The translations under genes were made by a program, and so were the position numbers. Shown in pieces: positions 12,849 through 25,004 of a stretch of 64,000 bases of DNA. This DNA comes from Moniliella sp. 'wahieum' (lineage: Eukaryota). The notes below the pieces were generated by a model. The model had not been told where the DNA came from and ran no database searches. It was given only the letters and a program-made list of their open reading frames with translations. The stretch spans positions 62,001-126,000 of the forward strand of contig RSEE01000013.1 of NCBI GenBank assembly GCA_003971905.1, given 5' to 3'. The first letter of the stretch is position 1. Every line of letters starts with the position of its first letter.

Positions 12849-13947
12849 ATGTCGCTACCGCCCCGCTCGCGCACGCCCGGTGGCACTCCCTTGCATGCAG
12901 CCGTCAACACCGTCTTCCCCTGGAAGTCATTTATTGGCATCTTTGACCTCAAACAAGGCAGCGCAGTCATCAGTCTCTTCGCTCTGTTCAACAAGATTGT
13001 AGGTGTCTTTGGCATCATTGCCATCCTCACTGGCGGCACATTTGCCCAGGTCAGCCTCTACCTCTACAGTCTCGCCACCATCTTTTGCATCCTATGGGGG
13101 TTGCGCGGCATTTCCGATGAAGATGCTCGCACCGTCATGCGCTACGCTCACTTTTTTGTTGCCGACCACCTCATCTCGTCCATCTGGACCTTTTACTTTT
13201 CCCGTCAAGTATTACCAGCCCACACAATGGAGACCCCCCTGCAACGGGCAAGTACCAGCAAGCGCTGATGCAGCTCATTGAGCAGCTCGAGCAAGAGTAT
13301 GGGGAGACGCGTAAGCACTCTGAATCGCTCACTGGCGCTGCCCGCGTCGAGGCGGCCCAACAAGTATGGAACTTTGAGAAGAATTTTGCCACGCTTGCTA
13401 TTCTCCTTGGTTGGTTCCTAAAGGTGAGTCCATACGTTCTACTTAGCTTGCCACTTGCCCCTATCCGCTACTAACCTCGACGCATCCTTGCTCCAGATCT
13501 TTTTTGCCCTCACGCTCTACTCGTACGCGCTCCACCTTCGTCATGGCACGTACGCTGCGCTGCCCCTGGCCAAGTCGTCTTCGATGAACGTGGCCGCTCT
13601 CCACATGCACCAGCACCACCGCCACAACAGCATGATGGCTGTAATGGAGAGCGACGAGAGTGGCGATGACGAAGAGGATGAGGAGAACCAGCAGAAGCCT
13701 TCGGTTGACGTGTATGGTCAGCCTCAATCGCCCGCGCACATCCTTGGCAGATGCCGGTCCTTCATCTGCGACCGATACGCAGGCGGACTGGTGGCCAAGT
13801 ACCGCGCCTCCGCGGCGCGCCTCCATTCGCGCGTCGTCCGACGCTGTACAGGCCCCGCGCGCACAGCGTGGCACGCTTCTCTTTGGCCAAGACGACCTTG
13901 ATTCGCCGCCGCCCAATGCCTCTCCTTTGCCCGCTGTCGCGCCTTGA
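12849..13947 (+). CDS. KEI1: inositolphosphorylceramide synthase regulatory subunit Kei1
   Basis: SFIGIFDLKQGSAVISLFALFNKIVGVFGIIAILTGG...QVSLYLYS...YAHFFVADH matches Kei1. Intron 13424-13496 (GTGAGT..CTAAC..CAG); frameshifts near 13200-13260 and 13750. Confidence 0.85.
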
Positions 13948-14740
13948 CTCGACCCCCCCCAAATCAAGATCCGCGCGTCTCCTCTTCATCGGTTGTGCAC
14001 GACTTCATCCTTTCTAGCCGCACCTCGTTTGTCGACCATGCCCACCTAACGCTCTTCGCGCTCGGCCGCACCGCACCTTTCCTTCCTCGGCAGCTCGCTG
14101 CGTAGAAGCAGGAGGGGGGGTGCCGCCCTCGCAGCGCATCAAGCCCCTACTGCTGGCGCACAGGGCGGAGATACCGAAGCGATAATCGCCATTTTCCACA
14201 TTGTGTGCCGCTCTGTAATCTTCCTGCTCGAAACGATGATACCCGTGCCATCGACCACCCGCTGCGATAGGCAGCATAGTCGCAGCAACCATGCTATGCG
14301 GCACGAGTATAGGATGCGAGTGAGGTAGGAGTGCCACTAGGCGTGCGGGTGCTGCATGTATATACGCGTTTGCCGGCCATGGGAGGGCCATAGATGGATT
14401 CCATTCGAAGGGGCAGCGAGGTCCCCCACCCGCACCGATGCGGAGGTGCTGGCGCGCACGTTCCGAGGGGAGGATGGCACGTAGAGTCGAACACAGGTTG
14501 TGTTGCTACCTATGGCTTGGCACGCAGACTGCGGTACATAGACTGGAGCCTGCCGGCCGTCGGCGGGCTCCCGCTGCTGCGGGCAGGCAGGGACCACATG
14601 GTAATTCGAAGTGCGTGGGCGGCACGCAATGAAAAATTGCCAACACAGCCCTGTTATGTCATCACAAATTTAGAGTGGGCTATGCGTGAGCAACACCAAC
14701 AGCGCTTTGTGCACCAACCGAGTCCTTTCGCCTGGCCGCC

Positions 14741-14772
14741 GCCACTGCCACTGCCACTGCCACTGCCATTGC
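14741..14772 (+). repeat. (GCCACT)n hexanucleotide microsatellite
   Basis: About five tandem GCCACT units just upstream of the MATE start codon. Confidence 0.85.
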
Positions 14773-14806
14773 CGCGGCCCCCACCCCACCACCATCCGCG
14801 CAAGCA

Positions 14807-17089
14807 ATGTCCTTCACCTCTCGCCTGTCGTCGTCCCCCGCGGGGATGCAGCACGAGTACGAGTGGCTTGCCTCCTCCTCTGCGCCGCCTGCCTGGCCCT
14901 CGTGGCGCGACGCCTCCGCCCCGCCCGACAGCCCCAGTCCGGCGGCGCATGCGAGCCCTAGCCATGCCCACCGCTACTCGCAGCATGCCACCTCTTTCCA
15001 GCCACACGTCTTGTCTGATGTTGCTTCCGAAGAGGGCGAAGACTACGACGAGGAAAACGGCCGCCCGCTTTCCATGTCTGGCTCCTCGGTCGCCCCCATT
15101 TCCTGCCCCGCCGCATCGACCGAGGCGCGCGGGCGCGGTGTTCCATCCGGCTTGGCCCGCGCTGCCCGCGGCTTCCTGCTTGGGCCTGAGCCTCACTCTA
15201 TGGACCGCGCTGCCATGTCGTACTCCTACGGCTCTTCGTACGGCCGTCACCAGCGCGTGCGTAGCCGTGCGACCTATGGTGCCATTCACCACGACCCTCA
15301 CGCTCCTCGCGCATTCAGCTTTGAGGAGGAGCCCTCTCAGCTGCAAGCCGCCGCTAGTGCTGATGCTCCCGTCTCGATCTATCATGCTCGCGACATGGAC
15401 CCGATCATGGCTGTGCGTGGCGTTCCAACGCAAGATGACATTGCCCATACCCTCGATGGGTTGTCGCACGACGTGGCCCAGTCGGGTCTGGCTCGCGCCT
15501 CTGGCTTTACACCCACCGACATTGCTCGGTGGAAGCACAATGCCAAATCCAAACAGCCGCATCGCCCCACCCCCCCACATCAGGATGGAGGACAAGTGGG
15601 TGCGGAACCAGGCGAAGGATCACGGTTACTTCCGTCAGGCGGGATGGCGGTGGACCCCGAGTCGGAGGAGGTGTACAGCTCGCCATCAGCTCCGGAAGAG
15701 GCCAAGATTCTGGTCCGCTACTCGCTTCCTATCACCGGCACGCATTTGCTTGAGATGGGAGTGCTGAGCACCACCGTGTTCTCTCTAGGGCACTTGGGAA
15801 CCGTGGAACTGGCCGCGGCCTCGCTCGCGTCTTTGACGGGCAACGTCACTGGTTTCTCCATCATCTCGGGCTTTGTTTCTGCGCTCGACTCCCTTTTGCC
15901 CGCCGCATTTGCTTCGGATCGGCCCTGGACGGTGGGAGTATGGACGCAACGGATGGCAGTGCTCCTGAGCATCTTGCTGGTGCCTGTTGCGCTGATTTGG
16001 TTCAAGGCAGAGACCATCTTGGTGGCCATGCGGCAAGAGCCGGAAGTGGCCCACCTTGCTGCCCAGTACCTGCGTCTTCTGATTGGTGCGCTGCCAGCCT
16101 ACGCTGGGTTCGAGACGTGTCGGCGCTACCTCCAGGCCCAAAAGCTATTTGTCGCGCCCACCATCGCGGTTGGCATTGCTGGGGCCATCAATATTCCTCT
16201 CAACATTCTCCTCGTCTATGGCCCTTCGGGCATTGGGATTGGCTTTTTGGGCGCGCCTTGGCGAGTCTGGTGGCGTACTGGATCATGTTTGGTGTTGCGC
16301 TAGTGCAATGCGCCCTGGCGCCCTGCTCCACCTGGGCCGGTTTTTCCAAGTCGGCCCTCGACCCTGCCGGGCTCAAGTCCCTGTGGCGGCTCGGCTTTGC
16401 CTCGACGGCCGCCATGGCGGCCGAGTGGTGGGCGTGGGAAATCACAGGCTTGTTGACCAGTTACCTGGGTACCACCTGGCTTGCCGCCCAAAGTGTGTGC
16501 TGCTGGTCACATCGGCTCTGATGTTCCAAATGCCGTATGCGTTGGCGACGGCGACGGCGGTGCGAGTGGGCAACTTGTTGGGTGCCCATGCGTCCAAGCA
16601 TGCCTTTATCGCCGCCCGGGTGGCCATGATGGCCGCTTTTGTTGCCGGGTTGTGCAACATGCTGATTCTGGTCGTTGCACGCAACTATTGGGGGATCTTG
16701 TTCACGTCGGACCAGAAAGTGGTCCGGATCATTGCTCAAAACTTGCCCTTTCTCGCTGCGTTTCAAGTGGCCGACGCCATCATCGCCGTCAACGGAGGCA
16801 TTCTTCGCTCGAGCGGGAGGCAATCTGTCGGCGCCTACCTCAATCTCGTGTCGTACTATGTGCTGGGCATTCCTACCTCGATGTACCTGATGCATTTGGG
16901 CTGGAAACTGTCGGGCATCTGGCTCGGTCTCACTCTGGCCTGGTCGCAGGCGCGGTAGGCACGACGATCGTCGTGGCACGGACCAACTGGGACCAAGAAG
17001 CTCACAAAGCCCAAGAACGTGTCTCCGCTGCGGCATGCATGGATGCCGCTCCCGCCGACTCGTTGCCCTCCATTGCAGAGGCTTCGTAA
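14807..17089 (+). CDS. MATE family efflux transporter (ERC1-like)
   Basis: A long disordered N-terminus is followed by YSLPITGTHLLE, GHLGTVELAAASLA, SALDSL, RRYLQAQ, AEWWAWEI, VRVGNLLGA, FQVADA and GGILRSSGRQ. Frameshifts near 16260, 16495 and 16945. Confidence 0.93.
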
Positions 17090-18623
17090 ACGCACATGGA
17101 ACCTTTCGTTCCACTGGCGCTTCGTCCTAGCCATTCTTCTGGGGCCTCGTCCATTCCACGGCGTTGGTACCGTTCGCGACATTGTCATATTCCCCTCACT
17201 TGCATCCTCTGTGCCTCCTTCCTCATCTTCACACCTCCACCTCCCCCCCTCGCCTCCTTGCGCCTAACCTTCTTTTGCAAGGATGTGTGGTCCTGTAATG
17301 TTGTCCCCGTACCTCGCATACTGCTCATTGCCGGTCTTCATTCGTGCTCCTGTCCGCGTTCGGTTTTCGCTGCTATTCCCCTTCCAGGCATTCGTCCCGC
17401 TTTCTCTCCTATTGAGAGCAGTCCCTAGTCACCCCCAATCCCCCCCCAAAAGAGGGCCCAAACGCCCTCCGCTTCGTCCCAATCCATCCCACATGGAAAC
17501 CTCGGTTGAGCACATATATAGGCCATCAGTCTCGAGTGGAAGAATCAGCGTGACATGTGACATGCGACACGCGTCCCTGCTTCCCGACGCCCCCCACAAC
17601 GCCACGCCCCTGCGACGACAGGGTAACGCAGTCGGGGTGGCAGGACTAGATGGGTCGACGGAGTGGCCTTGGCCGTGACTTGGAGCTCCTGGAGGTGGTG
17701 AAATCGGGGGGAAAGCGTAAGTTAGCCACTGAGGTTCTATACGCGGGGAGAGAAGTAGTAGGCCAAGTTCAGCGGCTCAGCCTAGTAGGTAGTCGCGCTT
17801 GTCATGTGGTTGCGAACCCCATACGACTCAGCCTCTCTCTTCCAGAGCCTTTTCTCCAGCTTCCAGGTTGCCCCAGGTTACATGTTACACCCTCTGTCTG
17901 ATACGGGGCATGTGCATGTGCTGGGGAGCGCTCAGGCTGAGCACGCACGACTGTGTGCTAGTTGCACATGCAATGGCACTGCTGCGCATGTTAAGCTTTA
18001 AGCTTTGGGAGGCGCCAAGCCAAGTGTTGGTGAACGGGTGAGCAACGCCGTCGATCCCGATCGTCAATCATCAATCATCCAGCCTCCCCAGTCGGAGCAG
18101 AGTACAATGCGCATGCCTGGCACGATGCATGAGTCATGTGAGTGGTGGTGAGCATGTGGGGGAAAGCTGGAAGAGGCATTGCGTGGATACGGGTTGATCG
18201 TGATCGAGTGATCGTCCGAGGCCCTCTGGCTGCCCGTGTCCCTCAAACGGGGACGTTGCGGCGCTCATCGGCATGAATGTAATCAATCTCATCGATCTCA
18301 GACCCCTCATCAGCCTCATCCCGTGGCTGAGCGGCGGGGTGGGGGATTGTCGATTGCGCCCAATGGACGTTGTTTCTGCGGCTAATCAACGTTTCAATGG
18401 ACAACGGTGTGCGCTCTACGACGTTCAGCTCAGCCATGCTTCCGCAACCTGCGTCCATGTGGTTTCCTCCGCCGCCTCTGCCCAGCCGCAACAATAGCCT
18501 GCACGCTCCTATATACGCCGTTTGGTTATAAGCGACTTGGGTGGCTGTGCTCGCCATGTACAGATAGCTACCACTGCTGGTACTGCCCGCCGCCCCCTTC
18601 TCGTCTTCCCCCCCGCTCTCTCC

Positions 18624-20466
18624 ATGGTTGCATCCGGCATCCTTGCGCCCGTCGCTGCCACTGCGCTGGCGCTGAGCCTGGCCCTGACGCCCGCCGCCTC
18701 GGCCCGCACCGTCGCATCGGCCTCGTCGGCGGCCCGCAGCTACGTTGCCAGTTCGGCTGCTGTGCCGCTGGACCAAGTACTGACCTACACCGTCGCCCTC
18801 ACGCCAGGCAAGCAGGAGCAGTTGGATGCCAAGATGCTCGCTACTTCCCTCCATGGCGGTGCGTGGCTGAGCGAATCGGAGCTGACGGACTATACGCGTT
18901 CCAAGCCCGAACACGTTGCTGCCGTCAAGGCCCACCTGGTTGCGCATGGTATCCACGAGTCGGACATTACCATGGGCAAGTGGGGGATGAGCTGCGTGTA
19001 CAGAGCACCGTCGCTGCTGCCAACGCGGCCTGGAATACTTCGCTCCAGGCCTACACCCATACCACCCAGGGCCACACCATCCTCCGTGCCGCTGACGGGT
19101 ACTCCATTCCGGACGGTATCCTGCATGAGGCCATTGTCAACGTCCATCCGTTACCTCGTTCCCCAACGTGCGTACTTCGGCTCCGATCCCTGTGCTGCCC
19201 AATGCGCAACCGGCCCCGCTTGCGCATCGGGCCGGCAGCAGTAATTGCGATGCCTCGGCAGTGACGACCAAATGTCTCAAGCACTACTACGGTGCAGGCA
19301 ACTTTACGCCTGTGCCGCAGGAGGGAGAGACGGATGTGCTGGTGTTTGGGTTTTTGGGAGAGTATGTGTCGCCGACGGACGTGTCGAGCTATATGAAGAA
19401 GTACAGCGACTACCCCAACTATACCATCCCCATCATCTCGGCTGGCAACTCGACCAACGATCCGTCCAAGCCCGGAAGCGAGGCGATGCTCGATGTCGAT
19501 ATGGTTGGTGGCCTGATCGCACCTCTCCACGCGCAGTTCCTGTCTTTTGGAACGGACAACCAGAGCGCCAACGAGCCCTTCCTCCAGGCCTTCCACTGGG
19601 TTCTGGACAACTACAATGATACCAGCCGTCCCGGTGTGATTACAGCGTCGTACGTCGACGACGAGTCATCCTACTCGCCCGCCGACGCTCACCAGCTGTG
19701 CAACACGATCCAAAAGGTCACTGCCTTGGGCACGTCGGTCCTGTACGGATCGGGTGACAATGGCCTGAACGGGGTCCAGTCCTACGAGAACTTGAGTTGC
19801 AAGAGCAAGTTCAACCCGACCTTGCCTGGCGACTGCCCTTATGTCTTGTCCGTCGGCGGCACCCAGGGCTTCCCTGAAGTCGTCGTTGATGGCAACTCGC
19901 CCAACGGTTTCTTCGGAGGAGCTGGCTTCTCCAGCACTGGCTTCTTCAGCCGCCCTGCCTACCAAGTACGTACCTACCCTTTTCCTCTGCTCTACGTCGT
20001 CGTTCGTGGCTCTTGCTATGCTATGGGCCAACTGACAAGCTTGCCACACTGGGTTATTGTACTGTAGAACATCTCGGTTACCAACTACTTGAAAGAGATC
20101 AAGTATGCCCACTCGTCCTACTACAATTCCAGCAACCGTGCGTACCCGGACGTGTCCGCCATGTCGCTCAACCTGGTTGTGGTGGTGGGAGGGCAAGAGC
20201 AGTTGATTGGGGGGACGAGTGCTGCCACGCCCATCTTTGCCGGTATGCTTGCCTTGCTGAATAACCAGCGCAAGCTCCAGGGCAAGGCACGCGTCGGTTG
20301 GATCAACCCCGCGTTTTATGCCAAGCCAGAACTGTTGCGCGACATTACGTCGGGAGACGTGGGCGGTTGCCCCGAGCCGGGGCTCACGTTTGAGGCCACC
20401 ACGGGCTGGGACTTGCCGTCGGGATTGGGCAGTCCCCTGTTTGGGAAATGGAGCGAGTTGCCGTAA
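18624..20466 (+). CDS. secreted sedolisin / tripeptidyl-peptidase (peptidase family S53)
   Basis: Signal peptide MVASGILAPVAATALALSLAL and prodomain (HGGAWLS). Catalytic E..LD (SEAMLD), oxyanion SGDNG, RAYPDVSA, nucleophile GGTSAATP and Ca-site GWDLPSGLGSP. Intron 19966-20067. Confidence 0.93.
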
Positions 20467-21307
20467 AGCTTAAAGGGGGGAAAGCGCACGAACGCCTACT
20501 GGAATGACGCTGATCTATCCTTTTCCTTCGACGGACGCGCGAGTTTGATGCTGTTTCTACTAATGATTGATGAACGATGCAGCGAGACACACGTTTTGCT
20601 TGCATGTGCGCATCGACAAGGCGCGGGACGCCATGTTGACTGTAATCGCAACTATCCTTTATCTATATGGTGCTCAGCTGGATTCGCATTGTTGCTTCGT
20701 ACGTAGCGCATGCGGCAGCCCATGCGCCAAGACTTTTGTGAGGAGGCCGTTGCTAGCTGATAACACATGGCCAATGAGGCGAGAGAGTGCTGGATGAGGC
20801 AGGTGGAGGTGGTGTGGATGCTGGGGCAAGATGGGAGCGCATAGCTAGATGGTCGTGGGGATGGATGGGGTGGGAACATGGGAACATTACCTTGCTAGAG
20901 GGGGCGTCAGCATCTTCCGCAGGACCGACGTGCATGTTACGGCTTGAAGCTTGACATGCGGCAGGCTGCAGGCTGCATGCTGCCCGGGCAGTGTACCCCG
21001 CCTTTGCTCATCACTCATCGGCCATGGCTGCGGGCACTGGCGCGTGGCGGCGCGTGCGGGAGGAAGCGGCGGATGGGGGTGATGCCCCCACTGGCATGCA
21101 GCGGTGACTATTGGAGTTCGCTTGGCCTGGGCTGGGCACTGGTCGCAGGCACCAGTCACTACACTGCCCACTAGTCACTAGCCACAGGCCTTGCCTAGTC
21201 CAGCTTTCCGTCCCAGTGCCTGCGCCTCCCGCATCTCTTCTGGCCCACGCGCCCCACCTTCGTCTGCCCCCCCGCCTCCCCCCGCGCCCCGCGCGGCTCC
21301 CTCCACC

Positions 21308-22376
21308 ATGCACCCCGACGACTCGCCCCTGTCCGCGTCCGAGCTGGAGGACAAGGACAGCCTGTCTTCCCACCTCCACAAGGTCTCCTGGTCCCCTCCT
21401 TTGCCGACTCGCTCGCCAGCCTCCAGCGCCTCCGCCGCCGTTCCCCTGGCCGCAGCCTTTGGGCTACCGCCAAGAGCCCGTGCGCAAAGACTCGACAAGT
21501 GCACGCGTAGCAGCATACCCACCCCACCCTCCTCTACAGCGAAACCATTGCCCAGGCACACCGCCGGCCGCTCAGCTCCTTGACGTCTTTGCCGGGTCGG
21601 ACATTGACCTGGGAAACTCATTCTTCCCTCCACCAGATCGTCTTCCTCTCGCGCCTCCCAGACCTTCCACGCCTTCCACGCGGAGATGGGGGATGAGTCG
21701 GCCGCAGCGGCTGTGCTTTGCCGCTTGGTACGTCGGTTGCACACACGAACGCCTTTTCTTGCATGGAGCCCCGGCGTGCTGACTATGGTCCATGGCCTAA
21801 CCCCCACCCTCGTTTGACCATAGCTTTCTTGCCGGATCCAGCGCTTCCTTAGCCGCAACACTGCTTTTCCTCTTTGATGCCAAACACGAGCGGCTGTTTG
21901 ATGTCATGTACCCGCTGGGCTCGGTGTGCGCGTTTGCGGGAACCGGATTTTGATGGGCGTGAGTACGTAAGTACACTGATCTGCGAGACCCCCTTGTTCG
22001 GCGCCTCATCTTGACACTAACACGCCTCTGCCCTGTTGGGACGGCTGCAGTACCTAGACCAGCTGAGGATCATGTTTAAGCCTGTCCGGATCGTCCTCTC
22101 CACCCTCACGATCGGTGCCTTCGTAATGGTTGGGGTCAGTGCATACAACTTGAGCGTGTTATTTGCCGTCATCTTCAACGGCGTTATGAACATTGCCTAC
22201 CTCTGCTATGCGGTATCTATCCTGCCCAATGTACAAAAATGTGCGTGACTGGACCTATTGTCTTCTTCCTCCTAGCCCTCTTTGCTGACGCTTGACACTT
22301 GGCACTTGACGCTTCCCCTCTCGATCCCTCTTTTCTGCTGTTGTTTGCGTTTGCCCTGTTGGCAGGCTTCCCATGA
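21308..22376 (+). CDS. SFT2/Got1-family vesicle transport protein
   Basis: MSRPQRL..F, YPLGSVCAFAGTGF, QLRIMFKPVR and YLCYAVSILP fit the Sft2 four-TM pattern. Introns at about 21728-21822, 21959-22050 and 22241-22365; stop at 22374-22376. Confidence 0.75.
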
Positions 22377-22996
22377 CCCTTGTGTCATCACAGAGAGAAA
22401 CCAAAGCTGCGGTGCTCCTTCACGCCAGCTTTGCTAGCGCGGCCTGCACGCTCGCGCTTGTGTCCCATGTGCACCACCCGATATCCAAACCACATCCCCT
22501 GCTGTTGGCTGCCAGCCCCATCTTCATGCATGCTCACTAGTCCCTTGGCTGTCGTGTGGAGACGTGGGCGGAGGGGGGAACTCGTAAGCAACTCGTGTCG
22601 AGCGTGGCGGGGATGATGAATGATTGAGACGAGATCCGCTCAGATCGCCCCAGCAAACCGGGGAGACGTGCCAAATCCGGTGACGATAACGACGGCAGGG
22701 ACTAGGCCTGAGGCTCAGGCCTGACCAGGACCAGGCTGCCTGCGTCCGCGAGAGCAGCTGCTGATAACCACAAACGTTCAACATTGAAACATGCACATGC
22801 ATCCGGGAAACAGAAAAGGTTAAGTTGTCCGTGCGCGTGTCATGTCCGCCGCCGCACGGGGGCAGTGCTGCGGCGTTCTTCGTTTGGTTCCCAAAAGTTG
22901 GTACAGCCATAGGTCCTGCGTCCAGATTGGTCCATTGTCCATTGCCCGGCGTCCGCTCCACCACCACCACCACTTGGCCTTGCCTGTGTGCTGAGC

Positions 22997-24608
22997 ATGC
23001 TGCGCTCTGCCTGTTCCCGGCCCCGTGCGGCCCATCTGCCCGCTGATCTGCTTGGCCGCCTCGCTCTCTCCACGTCGTCCCGGGCGGCGCGGGCGGCGCC
23101 GAAGCAGCCCAGCTCGTCGCTCGGTGGTGGCTTTGCCGTCAGCTCGCAGCCGCGCATCACCTACACGCATGCGCCCGCCTCGCAGCCTGCCACGCTCCAT
23201 CTCAAGACGGGCGAGGCATTTACCGGCAAGAGTTTTGGTTCGCCCGTGCCGACCAAGTTTGGCGAGACGGTGTTTTCGACGAGCATTACATCCTATACCG
23301 AATCGCTTACCGACCCGTCATACCAGGGCCAACTGCTGACGTTTACCCAGCCCTTGATTGGCAACTATGGTGTGCCAGACAACTTTGCGCGGGTGGACCG
23401 ACGGGGGATGCGCGCGACGTGAATGTAGGTTCCTACATGGAGTCCGTTGGCGTGCAGGCCGCCGGGGTGATCTGCTCCAATCTGTCGGAACATTTTTCCC
23501 ACTTTGAGGCGGTAGAGAGCCTGTCGACCTGGCTTGCGCGGCACGGGTGTACCGGGCGTGACGGGCATCGACACGCGCGCACTGACTACGCTCTTGCGGA
23601 CCCAGGGATCCACCCTCGGCGCCATCAAGATTGGTCCGGACCACCTCGTGCCCCCGGCTGCGGACCAGTTCCTCGACCCCATGGCAGAGAACTTGATTGC
23701 CAAAGTGTCCACCAAGCAGCCCTATACCATCCATCCGCGCGGCGGTCCCGACGCGGCCAAGGTGCACATTGCTCTGATGGACTTTGGTTCGAAGGCCAAC
23801 ATCTTGCGCCACCTCTTGCGCCGGGGCGCGTCGGTGACGGTGCTGCCATGGGACTATGACTTTAGCAAGGTGCAGCATGGCTTTGATGGTCTCTTCCTTT
23901 CCAACGGACCGGGTGACCCGCATTCCATCCCGGGTGCGATCCGTGTCGTGCGCAAGGCCATTGCCGAGTTTGACCGCCCCATTTTTGGTATCTGCATGGG
24001 CCATCAGGTACGTCGAATTCTGACTTGGGCTGGCTGGCTCCTGCTTCCCCTCAGCCCGCTTCTTTGAACTCTGACTTGACTCATCCCCCACCCTTGTTCC
24101 CCTGCTCCCTCGCCCCCCCTTCTCCACTTTAGATTATTGGTTTGGCGGCGGGGATCCAAGCGTACCGAATGAAATTCGGCAACCGGGGCACAACCAGCCC
24201 GTGGTGGCTATGGCATCCCATGGCAAGTCGGTCAAAGCTGGGCGGGTGTACATTACGTCGCAGAACCATGGGTACGCGCTGAAATGGGAAGAAGGGGCCC
24301 AGACGGTGGCCGAGGGCAAGTGGCCCGAGGGGTGGGAACCGTGGTTTGTCAATGCGAACGATGGTTCGATTGAGGGCATTCGTCTGTCGCCAGAGGTGGA
24401 CCGGTCGCCCGTGTGGGCAGTTCAGTTCCATCCGGAACATGCTGGTGGCCCGGAAGACTGTGCGGAGATGTTTACGGATTATGTCGAGGAGTGCATCAAG
24501 GCGCGTGCGCAAAAGGGCGCGCCGCCAGCCACGTTTCGCATGCCCGATGCGGTAGACAAGCCGCTCGGCACGGGCCTGCCTCCGACGCTGGTTGACATTG
24601 GCGCATAA
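22997..24608 (+). CDS. CPA1: arginine-specific carbamoyl-phosphate synthetase small subunit
   Basis: Arg/Ser-rich mitochondrial-type leader, GETVFSTSITSYTESLTDPSYQGQ, IDTRALT, FLSNGPGDP, catalytic GICMGHQ, TSQNHGY and VQFHPE. Intron 24008-24132; several frameshifts. Confidence 0.95.
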
Positions 24609-25004
24609 CCGGTGTGCGGCGCAGCCTGGGCACCGTCCTAAGCTGCCTGCCCCCCTGCTTTTTGGTTCTCTAGCTTATGGTCAAAACGTAGTACTCAACC
24701 TGCAAGAAAAGCAATTTTGTATTTGGAACTGCATCTCCTCCACGTTGGAAGTTCAACCCTCCCTGCCTCTTGGCCGATTGATGGTTGGATGCAATCTCAC
24801 GTATGGGGGTGGAAGGGGGGAGTATTGGGTGACGCGCTCGGCTTGGGTGCGCGGTAGCGACTTGAGCGCCTGGTGTGGGGCTCTTGTGGCGCCGGGATAC
24901 AGTTCGCAGTTTCGGGGGGGGGGTACTAGGTTTTACCTCCGCCGAGGTACACTATCGGACAGGAAACGTGTGTGGTCTCGATGCAGTTGCATTGAAGCGT
25001 GGGT

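Noticed and set aside
14394..15767. 457-aa ORF and similar long overlapping or antisense ORFs (1074-1706, 14654-15595, 43851-44774, 52624-53571)
   Set aside because: Shadow frames of real genes in GC-rich DNA, with no protein motifs.
22613..22711. Box C/D snoRNA (ATGATGA...CTGA) upstream of CPA1
   Set aside because: No closing stem; a 9-nt SSU complement is not adjacent to the D box, and the CTGA belongs to a palindromic scar.
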